Shown in pieces: positions 32,630-45,427 of a stretch of DNA of 64,000 nucleotides. The translations under genes and the position numbers were made by a program. Source of the stretch: a plasmid; the sequence record NZ_AP019754.1; one strand, given 5' to 3'. Position 1 is the stretch's first letter, and each line of letters opens with the position of its first letter. The notes under the pieces are model-generated. The model ran no database searches, was not told where the DNA came from, and worked only from the letters and a program-made list of their open reading frames with translations.

Positions 32630-33523
32630 TCAGTTTACGCTCTGACCTTCTGAAATCAGCGACAACAGATGGTTAACCGCTTTAGACGCATTATTCCGCC
32701 GCCAGGCAAAAGCCACATCGGTAAAAAGCGTATTGTTGGCGATTTCCCGGAAGCAAATCTGCGGATTCTGCACGCACACCATCGATTCCGGTATAAGGGC
32801 TATACCGCAACCTGCGCCGACCATACCAAGAGAAGAACTGATTTGCGGAGCCTGCTGAAAAGACGATGAGGAGAAACCCGCGCGCAAACAGGCACTGACA
32901 ATAAGCTCATACAGGCTGGGTGAAACGTCTCGCGGAAAAATAATTAAGGTCTCCTGCATCAGTTCGCTCAGCGCGATGCTGGGTTTTTGTTGCAGAGGAT
33001 GCGCAGCAGGCAAAGCCAGCAGCATCCGTTCGGTAGAAATGACGCGCAAATTAAACGATTTGCTGCTTTCGCAGGGAAGACGAAGAAATGCCGCGTCCAG
33101 CAATCCCTCCTGGAGATCCTGAATAAGCAATGACATGTTCTCTTCCCGCGTCATCAGTTCCAGGGCGGGATAGCGATCTTTAAATCGCCGAATAATCTCA
33201 AAGACGTTGGGATCAAATGCCACCGAACTGGCAAAGCCCAGCGACATTTTGCCCGAGATCCCCCGGGCAACGCCTTTCGCCTTTTCCAGCGCATGATCGG
33301 CGAGTTGAATGATTTCAATCGCATCCGCCAGAAATGTTTTTCCTGCATCCGTCAGTTCCACACCGCGCGTCAGTCGTTTTAACAGCGGCGTACCGATTTC
33401 ATGCTCCAGTCGCTGAATTTGCTGACTGAGTGGCGGCTGCGAAATGCCAAGCAGTTCGGCCGCTCGGGTAAAGTGCTGCGTTTGAGCGACAGCAACGAAA
33501 TAACGTAGATGGCGCAGTTCCAT
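32630..33523 (-). CDS. budR: LysR-family transcriptional activator, divergent from budABC (BudR-like)
   Basis: MELRHLRYFVAVAQTQHFTRAAELLGISQPPLSQQIQRLE is a LysR HTH. Divergent position relative to budA, as in Klebsiella. Confidence 0.75.
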   Translation of the reverse strand: MELRHLRYFVAVAQTQHFTRAAELLGISQPPLSQQIQRLEHEIGTPLLKRLTRGVELTDAGKTFLADAIEIIQLADHALEKAKGVARGISGKMSLGFASSVAFDPNVFEIIRRFKDRYPALELMTREENMSLLIQDLQEGLLDAAFLRLPCESSKSFNLRVISTERMLLALPAAHPLQQKPSIALSELMQETLIIFPRDVSPSLYELIVSACLRAGFSSSSFQQAPQISSSLGMVGAGCGIALIPESMVCVQNPQICFREIANNTLFTDVAFAWRRNNASKAVNHLLSLISEGQSVN

Positions 33524-33627
33524 ATTAAAAACGTCTCAAAGTTTACAGGTTTTGCTATTGGATTCTGTCCGCAAACAGGGTCACCATTATGTTAACACGG
33601 CTTAACAGTTAACCTACGAGGCATCCG

Positions 33628-34410
33628 ATGAGCAATTTTGTAACTGATTGTTCCTGTGAGGATCAACTAAAAGATACCGTCCAAAAGCTGCGAAAAAACA
33701 TGCCAGAAAGTGTTATGTATCAAACCTCTTTGATGAGTGCGCTGCTGAGTGGTGTTTATGACGGTGAAACCAGGATTGCTGACTTACTGCGCAAAGGTGA
33801 CTTTGGTCTGGGAACCTTCAATCAGCTGGATGGTGAACTCATTGCGTTCGACAGCAATGTGTATCAGCTGCGCGCCGATGGCAGTGCCCGGCCTGCTGAT
33901 CCTGACCAGAAAACGCCATTTGCGGTAATGACCTTTTTTCAACCCCAGCATAAACACGTTTTTGAACGCGCGGTTCAGCGCGATGCGCTGCATCAGCTTA
34001 TCGACAGCGAAATCACCTCCGACAACCAGTTTTGTGCACTGCGTGTAAGCGGACATTTTTCATCCGTCCAGACGCGTACCGTTCCGTGCCAGTGCCGGCC
34101 TTACCGATCGATGCCTGAAGTTCTGGGAAACCAGCCCATATTTGAATTCACGCACCGCCATGGCGAGCTTATTGGCTTCCGCACGCCGCAGTACATGCAG
34201 GGTATCAACGTCGCGGGATATCACGAACATTTCATCACAGACGACAGAACCGGCGGTGGGCATATCCTGGATTATGTGCTGGAGCAGGGCACGCTGACTT
34301 TTGGTGCCATCAGCAAGCTGGTGATCGATTTACCTGATAACGCCGACTTTCTTAATGCCAACCTGACGCCGGAAAATCTGGATGATGCCATCCGTTCTGT
34401 CGAAAGCTAA
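33628..34410 (+). CDS. budA: alpha-acetolactate decarboxylase
   Basis: 260 aa. MYQTSLMSALLSGVYDGETRIADLLRKGDFGLGTFNQLDGELIAFD is the ALDC family signature. Confidence 0.9.
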   Translation: MSNFVTDCSCEDQLKDTVQKLRKNMPESVMYQTSLMSALLSGVYDGETRIADLLRKGDFGLGTFNQLDGELIAFDSNVYQLRADGSARPADPDQKTPFAVMTFFQPQHKHVFERAVQRDALHQLIDSEITSDNQFCALRVSGHFSSVQTRTVPCQCRPYRSMPEVLGNQPIFEFTHRHGELIGFRTPQYMQGINVAGYHEHFITDDRTGGGHILDYVLEQGTLTFGAISKLVIDLPDNADFLNANLTPENLDDAIRSVES

Positions 34411-34426
34411 TCACGAGGCCTGAAAT

Positions 34427-36106
34427 ATGAAAACTCTCTCTGATACGACGCTCTGGCACTGCGGTGCAGACCTGGTTGTCGCGCAACTTGAAGCGCAAGG
34501 CGTCAGCCATGTGTTTGGCATCCCTGGCGCAAAAATTGATAAGGTATTTGATTCCCTACTGGATTCTTCCATTCAGACGATCCCCGTGCGGCATGAGGCG
34601 AATGCCGCCTTTATGGCCGCGGCAGTAGGCCGTCTGACGGGTAACGCTGGCGTGGCGCTGGTCACATCCGGGCCGGGCTGCTCAAACCTGGTGACCGGTA
34701 TGGCTACCGCAACCAGTGAGGGCGACCCGGTGGTGGCTATTGGGGGCGCGGTCAAACGCTCCGACAGCGCCAAGCAGGTTCACCAGAGTCTTGATACCGT
34801 ATCCATGTTCCGCCCGGTGACAAAATATGCGGTTGAAGTCACCGACTCGTCGGCACTGGCGGAATGTGTATCAAACGCGTTTCGTCACGCTGAACACGGT
34901 CGCGGCGGCGGTGCGTTTGTCAGCCTGCCACAGGATATCGTTGATCAGCCGGTCACGGGTAAGGTGCTGAGCCATCACGGCCGCATCACGCTGGGTGCGG
35001 CACCGGATGTGATGATTGATGCGGTCAGCCGTGAGATCGCCCACGCAAAAAATCCCGTGATCTTGCTGGGCCTGATGGCAAGCCAGCCTGAGAATAGCGA
35101 AGCCATTCACGATCTGTTAAACCGCAGCCATATCCCGGTAACCAGCACGTATCAGGCTGCGGGTGCCGTTCGCCAGGAGCACTTTTCCCGTTTTGCCGGT
35201 CGCGTGGGACTTTTCAACAATCAGGCAGGCGACAAGCTGCTGCAACAGGCCGACCTGATTATTACCATCGGCTACAGCCCGGTTGAGTATGAACCTGCCA
35301 TGTGGAACAGCGGGAATGCCACCTTAATCCACATTGACGTTGTGCCAGCGGAAACGGACAACCGCTATTTGCCAGATGCGGAGCTGGTCGGCAACATCGC
35401 CGCCACGCTGCGTAAACTGGCACAAAAGGTCAGCCAGCCGTTACAGCTCAGCAAGGAGGCTGCCAGTATCCTTGAGGACCGTCAGCAGCAGCGGCAGTTA
35501 CTTGCATTACAGGGCGCGAGCCTGAATCAGTTTGCTCTTCATCCGCTGCGCATCGTGCGTGCGATGCAGGACATTATCAACAGCGACGTCAGCCTCACCG
35601 TTGATATGGGCAGCTTCCATATCTGGATTGCCCGCTATCTCTACAGCTTCCGCGCACGCCAAATCATGATTTCTAACGGGCAGCAAACCATGGGCGTGGC
35701 CTTGCCCTGGGCGATTGGTGCCTGGCTGGTCGATCCACAGCGTAAAGTCGTCTCGGTTTCAGGAGATGGCGGCTTCCTGCAGTCAAGCATGGAGCTGGAA
35801 ACCGCCGTCAGGCTCAACGCCAACATTTTACACATTGTCTGGGTCGATAATGCTTACAACATGGTGGCGATGCAGGAAGAGAAAAAATATCAGCGTGTTT
35901 CAGGCGTGAACTTTGGGCCCATTGATTTTAAAGCCTATGCGGAAGCATTCGGTGCGGCGGGATTCGCGGTGAACAGTGCCTCCGAACTGGAACCCACGCT
36001 GCGCAAAGCGATGGATGTTCAGGGGCCTGCTGTTGTGGCAGTGCCAGTGGATTACGCCGATAACCACTTGCTGATGGGGCAGCTTCACCTCAGCCAGTTA
36101 CTTTAA
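34427..36106 (+). CDS. budB: catabolic acetolactate synthase (ThDP-dependent)
   Basis: 559 aa with the ThDP motif [35 protein letters not shown]. Sits between budA and budC. Confidence 0.9.
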   Translation: MKTLSDTTLWHCGADLVVAQLEAQGVSHVFGIPGAKIDKVFDSLLDSSIQTIPVRHEANAAFMAAAVGRLTGNAGVALVTSGPGCSNLVTGMATATSEGDPVVAIGGAVKRSDSAKQVHQSLDTVSMFRPVTKYAVEVTDSSALAECVSNAFRHAEHGRGGGAFVSLPQDIVDQPVTGKVLSHHGRITLGAAPDVMIDAVSREIAHAKNPVILLGLMASQPENSEAIHDLLNRSHIPVTSTYQAAGAVRQEHFSRFAGRVGLFNNQAGDKLLQQADLIITIGYSPVEYEPAMWNSGNATLIHIDVVPAETDNRYLPDAELVGNIAATLRKLAQKVSQPLQLSKEAASILEDRQQQRQLLALQGASLNQFALHPLRIVRAMQDIINSDVSLTVDMGSFHIWIARYLYSFRARQIMISNGQQTMGVALPWAIGAWLVDPQRKVVSVSGDGGFLQSSMELETAVRLNANILHIVWVDNAYNMVAMQEEKKYQRVSGVNFGPIDFKAYAEAFGAAGFAVNSASELEPTLRKAMDVQGPAVVAVPVDYADNHLLMGQLHLSQLL

Positions 36107-36904
<798 letters not shown>

Positions 36905-37128
36905 CCGGAAAAATGTCTGGCGCTACGGCGCCAGACTGCCCGGTATTCTGTCACCTCGCATGAGGTAGGCTGAGATCCTGCATGACGTCCTGTAAAAAAA
37001 ATAACGCCGCTTACTTTTTCCCTCATTTCCTGACAATTTTAAGAGCATACCGAGCGTTTCCGGGCTTCCATCGTTCAGTGAAACGGCTAAAATAATGCGT
37101 TCATTTGCCAGGGAGTAAGACAGCTATA

Positions 37129-37566
37129 ATGCGTTATCGTAATCTTTTTACCGCACTTGCGGTCGCCACAACATTAGCCGGATGCGCCCGGCATCCCGCC
37201 GCCAATCCCCCCGCTGCGGCAGCGGATGATTTTACGACCGGACAGACCCAGATCGATGTTTCACACGTGATTACGCGTGCGGATGACGGTTCACATATTT
37301 ATCTGACGGTAGATGGTAAAGATGCAGGCGAACTGCCCAATGGTGAAAGCAAAATCCTTCATGTTCCCGCGGGTAAACATGAAGTCGGCGGTTATGTGCG
37401 CACGTTGTTTGGCCTGGGGCGGGTAACTATTGATCCCCTTGAAGTGACAACGTCACCTGAAGACGTTAAAAAAGTGGCTTATACCGTGACTCGTAATAAG
37501 GCGACCTTTGTTGAACAACCTAAACAGAGCGAACCCCAGCCGGCACAGACGCAGGAACAGGGCTAA
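37129..37566 (+). CDS. hypothetical lipoprotein
   Basis: MRYRNLFTALAVATTLAGC carries the lipobox LAGC. An upstream in-frame start at 37105 is also possible. Confidence 0.5.
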   Translation: MRYRNLFTALAVATTLAGCARHPAANPPAAAADDFTTGQTQIDVSHVITRADDGSHIYLTVDGKDAGELPNGESKILHVPAGKHEVGGYVRTLFGLGRVTIDPLEVTTSPEDVKKVAYTVTRNKATFVEQPKQSEPQPAQTQEQG

Positions 37567-37792
37567 TCTGTCCTGCTAACGCCAGGTCGTGAATTTCACT
37601 GCCTGGCGATCGTTCAGATAGCGTTACGACGGCAGCAGGTTATCTCTCTGCTGACGTCGCCCTGCCGTGTAGTGCCCGTGACCTCAGTGCTTTATGGCGT
37701 TAATCTCGCCCTTGACGACAGCCGTTGTGCTTTTGATGACACATGAGGCACGATGGCAATTTTGATCACCCATAGCGCCTGTTAATGAATGC

Positions 37793-38266
37793 CTATAGCC
37801 CCAGTTCACTGAGAGAGGGATGATCGTCCGGTCTGCGGCCCTGAGGCCAGTGAAACAGTCGCTGACTGTCGGTAATGGCCACGTCGTTAATGCTGGCATG
37901 GCGTTTCACCATGTAGCCATTCTCATCAAATTCCCAGTTCTCATTGCCGTAGGAACGGAACCAGTTTGCCTGGCTGTCATGCCACTCATAGGCAAAGCGC
38001 ACGGCGATACGATTTGAATGAAAACTCCACAACTCTTTGATCAACCGGTACTCTGCTTCCCTTTGCCATTTGTCTCGTAAAAACGCCACAATTTCGGCCC
38101 GGCCCGTAATAAACCTATCGCGATTTCGCCATGCGCTGTCGGGAGAATAGGCCAGAGAAACACGTTCGGGATCCCGGCTGTTCCAGGCATCCTCTGCCAG
38201 GCGCACTTTCTTTATCGCATCCTGTACATCGTTAAACGGGGGTAGAGGCTGACGTGGTGATTCCAT
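37793..38266 (-). CDS. NTF2-like / DUF1348-family protein
   Basis: 157 aa. SnoaL/NTF2-like composition ([40 protein letters not shown]). Family call from memory. Confidence 0.5.
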   Translation of the reverse strand: MESPRQPLPPFNDVQDAIKKVRLAEDAWNSRDPERVSLAYSPDSAWRNRDRFITGRAEIVAFLRDKWQREAEYRLIKELWSFHSNRIAVRFAYEWHDSQANWFRSYGNENWEFDENGYMVKRHASINDVAITDSQRLFHWPQGRRPDDHPSLSELGL

Positions 38267-38347
38267 AAGGTCTCCTGAAACGCTGGCAGACTCAGCGACA
38301 CTTCAGCATTGGAGTGCCGGCTGATGACATTCATAAACGGGCAGGTT

Positions 38348-38782
38348 TTAGAGCGAAATGGCGTGAACCTGACAAACGGCGCGTGCCGCTTCTTTACCTT
38401 TTTTCACAAAATGCTCGGTATAAAAACGCACGAATTCGTCGGCAGGCTGAAAATTATGCGGCGTCAGTGAAACAGAAAACACGGGAACATTGGTAGCCAG
38501 CTGAGCCTGCATGAGTCCACTGACCACGGCCTGGGCCACGAAGTCGTGGCGGTAAATGCCACCATCAACGACCAGGGCCGCACAAACAATGGCGTCAAAC
38601 TGACCTGTCTGCGCCAGGCGCTGCGCCAGTAAAGGCATCTCAAAGGCACCAGGCACGTCCCAGGTTTTAATTTCGTAAGGCGTGCCGCTGTTTTCCATTT
38701 CCTGATTAAAGCCAGCCAGAGTTTGAGAAACAATGTCGCTGTGCCAGTTTGCCTTGATAAAGGCGACTCTTAACGGTTGCAT
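38348..38782 (-). CDS. lumazine synthase (6,7-dimethyl-8-ribityllumazine synthase) family protein, probable RibH paralog
   Basis: 144 aa. VPGAFEMPLLAQRLAQTGQFDAIVCAALVV aligns to RibH [30 protein letters not shown]. Confidence 0.65.
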   Translation of the reverse strand: MQPLRVAFIKANWHSDIVSQTLAGFNQEMENSGTPYEIKTWDVPGAFEMPLLAQRLAQTGQFDAIVCAALVVDGGIYRHDFVAQAVVSGLMQAQLATNVPVFSVSLTPHNFQPADEFVRFYTEHFVKKGKEAARAVCQVHAISL

Positions 38783-39217
38783 AACTTACTCCAGTAAACG
38801 TGACATCCGGTGCACGTGAAATCGCAAAACGATCGCATTCTTCCGAATCAAAAATAAAGCTGTCTGATGAGCAGCACAGTAAATTCGCTCAGCACTTCTT
38901 GAATCACCTGGCTACCTGAGCGCCGGAGCCGGATGACGTCTCTTGCTTATGGCCGACATTATAAACTGATGTCAATAATCCGTGCTTATCTTTAATCCGC
39001 TTTTACCGCCATCCACCGTTACGGACGGCACCGATCTTGCGCGGATCATCCGCCAGAGCGCTGTCGTGTTTTATCCGTCTGGCCAATGCTCGCTTTTTGC
39101 GTAACGCTTTCCATTAATATATCAGCTTAAAAATAGTACTGGATATTTAAACAGGTAATTGTATAATTATTCCACTGCCCGTTGGGTGTTGTCTGGAATG
39201 ATTAGGGGGTAAAGCCC

Positions 39218-39925
39218 ATGATGATATCGACAGAAATCTTCAAAGCAACGGATCATGCCATTACGATGACAAGCCGTGAAATTGCCCAAATGACCGGCAA
39301 TACGCACGGCGAAGTTAAACGCTTAATTAAAAGTCTTGAAACGGCGCAGCGCCTTTCTCAGCCACTTTCAGTCAATCTCTATGAGCGCGAAGGCCAGACG
39401 CGTGAGGAGTTCTGCCTGAATAAACGCGACTCTCTGCTGGCTGTCGCCCGACTTTCGCCGGGTTTTACGGCCGATGCGCTCGATCGCTGGCAGGCCCTTG
39501 AAGAGCGTGTTCATCTGCCTGATTTTACGAATCCTGCTGAAGCCGCTCGTGCCTGGGCTGAACAGTTTGAACAGCGACGCGCAGCAGAGAAACAACTGGC
39601 CGAATCGGCACCAAAAGCCGCTTTTTTTGACCACTTTGTCAACGTTGAAACGTCTCTGGGTTTCCGCCAGTTGTGCAAAATGCTGAAAGCCAAAGAGCCA
39701 GATTTTCGCCAGTTCCTGCTGGAGCGCAATATTATGTTCCGTGACAAGGGAGCCTTGAGGCCCCAGCATTACCATCTGCAGGCGGGTTACTTTACACTGC
39801 ATTCAGGTACGGCGGACAATCAGCATGCTTTCTCGCAGGCTCGCTTTACCGCCAATGGTGTCAGATGGATTGCCAGCCTGTGGGCCGGACATCTGTCTGC
39901 TCAACTCAAAGGTGCGGCGGCTTAG
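39218..39925 (+). CDS. phage antirepressor-like protein (Rha-type N-terminus + KilAC/Ant C-terminal domain), orphan prophage gene
   Basis: 235 aa. The N-terminus MTSREIAQMTGNTHGEVKRLIKSLE is a Rha-family HTH-like motif. C-terminal KilAC-like region. AT-rich promoter region upstream (39100-39217). Confidence 0.65.
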   Translation: MMISTEIFKATDHAITMTSREIAQMTGNTHGEVKRLIKSLETAQRLSQPLSVNLYEREGQTREEFCLNKRDSLLAVARLSPGFTADALDRWQALEERVHLPDFTNPAEAARAWAEQFEQRRAAEKQLAESAPKAAFFDHFVNVETSLGFRQLCKMLKAKEPDFRQFLLERNIMFRDKGALRPQHYHLQAGYFTLHSGTADNQHAFSQARFTANGVRWIASLWAGHLSAQLKGAAA

Positions 39926-39980
39926 CCTCACTTTTAGCGTGAAACAGGCCGCTGACGATGCGGCCTGTTTCAGCCAGCCT

Positions 39981-40778
39981 TTACCAGCCTTTGATCGCAT
40001 CACCTTTGTAGACTTCTTCTGCTTTGGCCGCGACTTCCGGAGACTGTAACGCAGACTTCAGCTTTTGGATTTTATCGCTGTCTTTGTTGTCCTGACGTGA
40101 TACCAATGCATTGACGTAAGGCGATGAGGCGCTTTCCATAAACAACCCATCGCGACGCGCCGACAGGCCAGCCTGGGCAGAGAAGTTGGTATTTATGATT
40201 GAAAGCGTGACATTTGGATCGTCAAGAGTACGGGTTAACTGCGGCGTATCCACCTCAACCAGCTTCAGATGCTTAGGGTTTTCGGTGATATCCAGCGAGG
40301 TCGGCAAATAGCCCACGCCGTCTTTGAGCTTAATTAAGCCCTGAGCCTGCAACAGTAACAGACTGCGGCCGAGCGTTGTGGCCTCATTAGAAAGGGTAAT
40401 CGTATCGCCATCTTTGAGTTCGCTGATGTTTTTAATCTTGTGAGAATAGGCAGCGATAGGGAAAACAAAGGTTTTACCGACAACGGCAAATTTGTAGCCA
40501 CGCTCTTTAGACTGTTCTTCCAAATAGGGGAGGCTCTGAAAGGCGTTGGCATCAACTTCTTTATTGTTCAGCGCTTCGTTTGGCAGTACGTAATCGTTGA
40601 AGTTAAGCACTTCAACATCCAGCTGATACTTGTCTTTGGCAATTTTCTGAACTTCCTGCCAGATAGCTTCGTCGGGACCGGTGTTGATCGCCACTTTAAC
40701 TTTATGATCGTTATCAGGTGAGCAGGCGGACAACAGTAATACGGAACTGGCGATTAGCGCCGTAAATAAACCTTTCAT
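39981..40778 (-). CDS. MetQ/NlpA-family lipoprotein (methionine ABC transporter substrate-binding protein-like)
   Basis: 265 aa. The signal peptide with lipobox LSAC plus KVAINTGPDEAIWQEVQKIAKDKYQLDVEVLNFNDYVLPNEALNNKEVDANAFQ is the NlpA family signature. Confidence 0.8.
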   Translation of the reverse strand: MKGLFTALIASSVLLLSACSPDNDHKVKVAINTGPDEAIWQEVQKIAKDKYQLDVEVLNFNDYVLPNEALNNKEVDANAFQSLPYLEEQSKERGYKFAVVGKTFVFPIAAYSHKIKNISELKDGDTITLSNEATTLGRSLLLLQAQGLIKLKDGVGYLPTSLDITENPKHLKLVEVDTPQLTRTLDDPNVTLSIINTNFSAQAGLSARRDGLFMESASSPYVNALVSRQDNKDSDKIQKLKSALQSPEVAAKAEEVYKGDAIKGW

Positions 40779-41026
40779 TAGTAGCGATTCCCATCAGTAA
40801 AAGATGTCAAAAGCCTAATACAATTTATCCGCCTTGCGTACTGACGCGGCGATATAAGATATAACCATTACTGCATGATTTGTCTAAAAATTCACCGCAT
40901 GGTCATCAGGCGCTATCCTGGCGTTTTTAACCGCTGGCAGGGTAATTGACGTCGTCGAACACGATCATAGGCTACGTTTAAACACGTTATTCATTTCAGT
41001 ATTGCCGACGCGAGTCAGGAGAAACC

Positions 41027-41428
41027 ATGTCAGGGAATCATTCAGATAAATCATCAGATAATAAAATCGTTGCCGTACAGGTGTTAAAAAGTAGTGAAGC
41101 ATGGAACGGTCAACACATTGACGCTTATCCGCAGGGTGAACCCGAACTGACCGTGATGCGCCTGACCATTCCGGCTCATTCTTCGTTACCCTGGCATACG
41201 CATCCCATGCCGAATGCGTGTTTTATCCTGTCAGGTACGCTTGTAGTTGAGGATAAAGAAACGGGTGAGCAGCAAACCTTTCAGGCTGGCGAAGCGTTAA
41301 ATGAAACGGTGAACAGCGCACATCGCGGCTTTACGCTGAACACGCCTGCCGAGTTGGTGATTACCTATGCGGGGGTGAAAGGGATGGAGCTGACCGACCC
41401 GCTTCCCGGCGAACCTGAGGAGTTCTAG
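41027..41428 (+). CDS. cupin-domain protein
   Basis: 133 aa. HTHPMPNACFILSGTL...E is a cupin metal-binding motif. Confidence 0.6.
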   Translation: MSGNHSDKSSDNKIVAVQVLKSSEAWNGQHIDAYPQGEPELTVMRLTIPAHSSLPWHTHPMPNACFILSGTLVVEDKETGEQQTFQAGEALNETVNSAHRGFTLNTPAELVITYAGVKGMELTDPLPGEPEEF

Positions 41429-41613
41429 CGTGAGAATGCCTACCGGTACAGTTTCGGGTTAAACACTCGCTGGAGCCAGTCCTTTGCAGATCGCGTGAAC
41501 GGGGCAGAAAACCTGATTCAGGGTGCGCATTTGGCATCTGGAATACTGTGTAGGGTCATGGCGCAAAAAAAACCAGCCGGTGAAGGCTGGTTTACGTTTG
41601 TATGCAACTCTCA

Positions 41614-42294
41614 TTACGCTTTCAGCGAGGCGCCGCCGCAGATAACCAGTTCCTGGCCCGTAATGGCTGCGGCGGATTCGCTAAGTAGATAACCCACTAG
41701 CGAGGCGACTTCTTCTGGTTGAATGAGCCGGCCAATCGGCGGAACCATAGGGGCCGACGACGTACGTTCAGGTCGGGTGAGCATGGGGGTTTCGGTCGCA
41801 CCAGGCGCAACAACGTTAACAGTGATGTTACGCGGTGCCAGCTCCATTCCCCACGAGCGAACCATGCCAACCAGCGCCGCTTTGGTTGCAGCGTACTGCG
41901 AGCGGTTGGCGGCACCTCGCGACGTGCGGCTACCTATAATGACAATCCTACTGCCAGGCTGCATCATCGGCACAAAGTGGTTCACCAGGACTTCCGCCGC
42001 TTGAACGTGCAACGACCACAGGCGCGCGCCGGCAGCGCTATCAAGTTCGCCTAACGGGGCGGCCACCATCATCCCTGCTGCATGTATCAACGCATCCGGG
42101 GTACCGAGTGTGCTGATAACCGACTTAAGCTGTTCCGCATCCGTTAAATCCACGGCAACCCAGTTAAGGTTCGGTGAGGCCATCTCTCCCTGGGTTCTGC
42201 TAAGTCCCGTCACTTTCCAGCCGTTATTCAGCAGATGATGGGTGATGGCCTGGCCGATACCGGAACTGTATCCCGTGACGATAGCGTGACGCAT
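41614..42294 (-). CDS. SDR-family oxidoreductase
   Basis: 226 aa. N-terminal VTGYSSGIG. Y/K catalytic context YAATKAA. Confidence 0.8.
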   Translation of the reverse strand: MRHAIVTGYSSGIGQAITHHLLNNGWKVTGLSRTQGEMASPNLNWVAVDLTDAEQLKSVISTLGTPDALIHAAGMMVAAPLGELDSAAGARLWSLHVQAAEVLVNHFVPMMQPGSRIVIIGSRTSRGAANRSQYAATKAALVGMVRSWGMELAPRNITVNVVAPGATETPMLTRPERTSSAPMVPPIGRLIQPEEVASLVGYLLSESAAAITGQELVICGGASLKA

Positions 42295-42295
42295 C

Positions 42296-43928
<1,633 letters not shown>

Positions 43929-43929
43929 T

Positions 43930-45351
43930 TTATTCTCCTTTGCTTGCTGCATTTTTTGCCTCTTCAGCGGCCTGGGTCCGGGCTTTACTTGGGATCATAT
44001 GGTCAATAGCCATAATCAATGCCGGTGTCAGTAGCGCGATATACATGTTGTTGATACCAAAAGGATCCCCTAACAGATACCAGATGGAAGTCACCACACA
44101 GGCGCCCACCAGGCCCGCATTTGCCCCACGCGTACTTCTGTAGAACGGCGCGTAGAAGGCAATCACCGCAACAACGGTAATAGACAGACGAATAGCACGT
44201 GTAAAGAAAGAGAGTTTTAAGACTTCAGGCACGAACAGAACAAAAATCAACGGCAGGAAACCAATCAACAGTGATAACCAGCGCGTTGTTTTAAATTCCT
44301 GATCGGGCGTCGGTTTGAAATAAGGCACATAGAAATCTTTCACAACCAGTGAGGCGATCGCCAGAGCGACGGTACTGACGCTGACAAAGATGGAGGCCAC
44401 CAGCGAGGTCGTTACCAGACCCGCCAGCCAGGGGTTCATGTCCTGCAAAAACACCGGCATGGCGTACAGGCTGTTAATCTCTGGATGCAGGTACTTTGCG
44501 GCCACACCGATCACCGCAATCGCCAGCGCAATCGGCATACAGAACAGGAAAGCAATCCACGTGGAGCGCTGGGCAGATTTCACGTCTTTAGTTGAGGAGA
44601 TAGCCTGAATAACAAACTGTGTGCAGAAAATCGAACCAATAGTACCGATGAGCCAGGCAACGATGGTTGATACGCCGATATTACCATCCCAGGTCCAGTA
44701 ATAGGCGGGCATTTCGTCGATCATAGGTTTGAAGCCGCCCGTTTGCGACAGTGCAAACCACAAAATAGCCAGAATACCAAAATACTTCAGCGCGCTGTGC
44801 AGCATGGTGACCCAGGCAATTCCCTTTAAACCACCAAACGCAAAGTAGAAGGTACTGACGATAGCGGTGATAAACGCAGCAATGGGCAGGGTAACGTGTA
44901 AGACCGTCGCGATAGCGGCGGCACCACTCACATAATTACCCACGTTTACCAGCAGCAGGGCATAAATCATAATCAGTGAAATGATATTCTTGGTACTGCT
45001 ACCGTATTTTTCAGCGATGGCGCCCGAAATGGTAATTTTGCCGGTGTTATAAATACGTTTGACCAGAATCATACCAAATAACGGAAAACCGATTGCCGCA
45101 CCAATAACAGACCATGACGCAGCAATACCGCCTTCAAAAGCGGCCTGCGCGGTGCCGATGGTCGACTTTGCCCCTATATATTCTGACATCAGCAGAATAC
45201 CAACAATAAAGGCGGGCATGGCGCGTGAGCCTTCCATAAAATCGCCAGAGTTTTTACTGCGTAAGCGAAACGTTAGCCAGGTGGTAAATAAAATATAAGC
45301 CACCACGATGCCAATAATTATCAGGGTGTCCTGAGCGTTGAAAGTTTTCAT
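43930..45351 (-). CDS. sodium:solute symporter (SSS) family transporter, SiaT-like
   Basis: 473 aa with about 13 TM segments and an SSS family N-terminal pattern. Its stop abuts the sialidase-like gene's start region. Confidence 0.8.
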   Translation of the reverse strand: MKTFNAQDTLIIIGIVVAYILFTTWLTFRLRSKNSGDFMEGSRAMPAFIVGILLMSEYIGAKSTIGTAQAAFEGGIAASWSVIGAAIGFPLFGMILVKRIYNTGKITISGAIAEKYGSSTKNIISLIMIYALLLVNVGNYVSGAAAIATVLHVTLPIAAFITAIVSTFYFAFGGLKGIAWVTMLHSALKYFGILAILWFALSQTGGFKPMIDEMPAYYWTWDGNIGVSTIVAWLIGTIGSIFCTQFVIQAISSTKDVKSAQRSTWIAFLFCMPIALAIAVIGVAAKYLHPEINSLYAMPVFLQDMNPWLAGLVTTSLVASIFVSVSTVALAIASLVVKDFYVPYFKPTPDQEFKTTRWLSLLIGFLPLIFVLFVPEVLKLSFFTRAIRLSITVVAVIAFYAPFYRSTRGANAGLVGACVVTSIWYLLGDPFGINNMYIALLTPALIMAIDHMIPSKARTQAAEEAKNAASKGE

Positions 45352-45427
45352 TATAGCCTCAGATATAACAAGATAAATTCGGGGAGCACAGCGACTCCCT
45401 GTCTTTACGTTTTATTACTTCTTATTA

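Noticed and set aside
36915-36936. Hairpin GTCTGGCGC-tacg-GCGCCAGAC after budC as a terminator
   Set aside because: The stem is good, but no U-run follows. It is plausibly a weak or Rho-assisted terminator or a REP-like element. Not listed as a confident feature.
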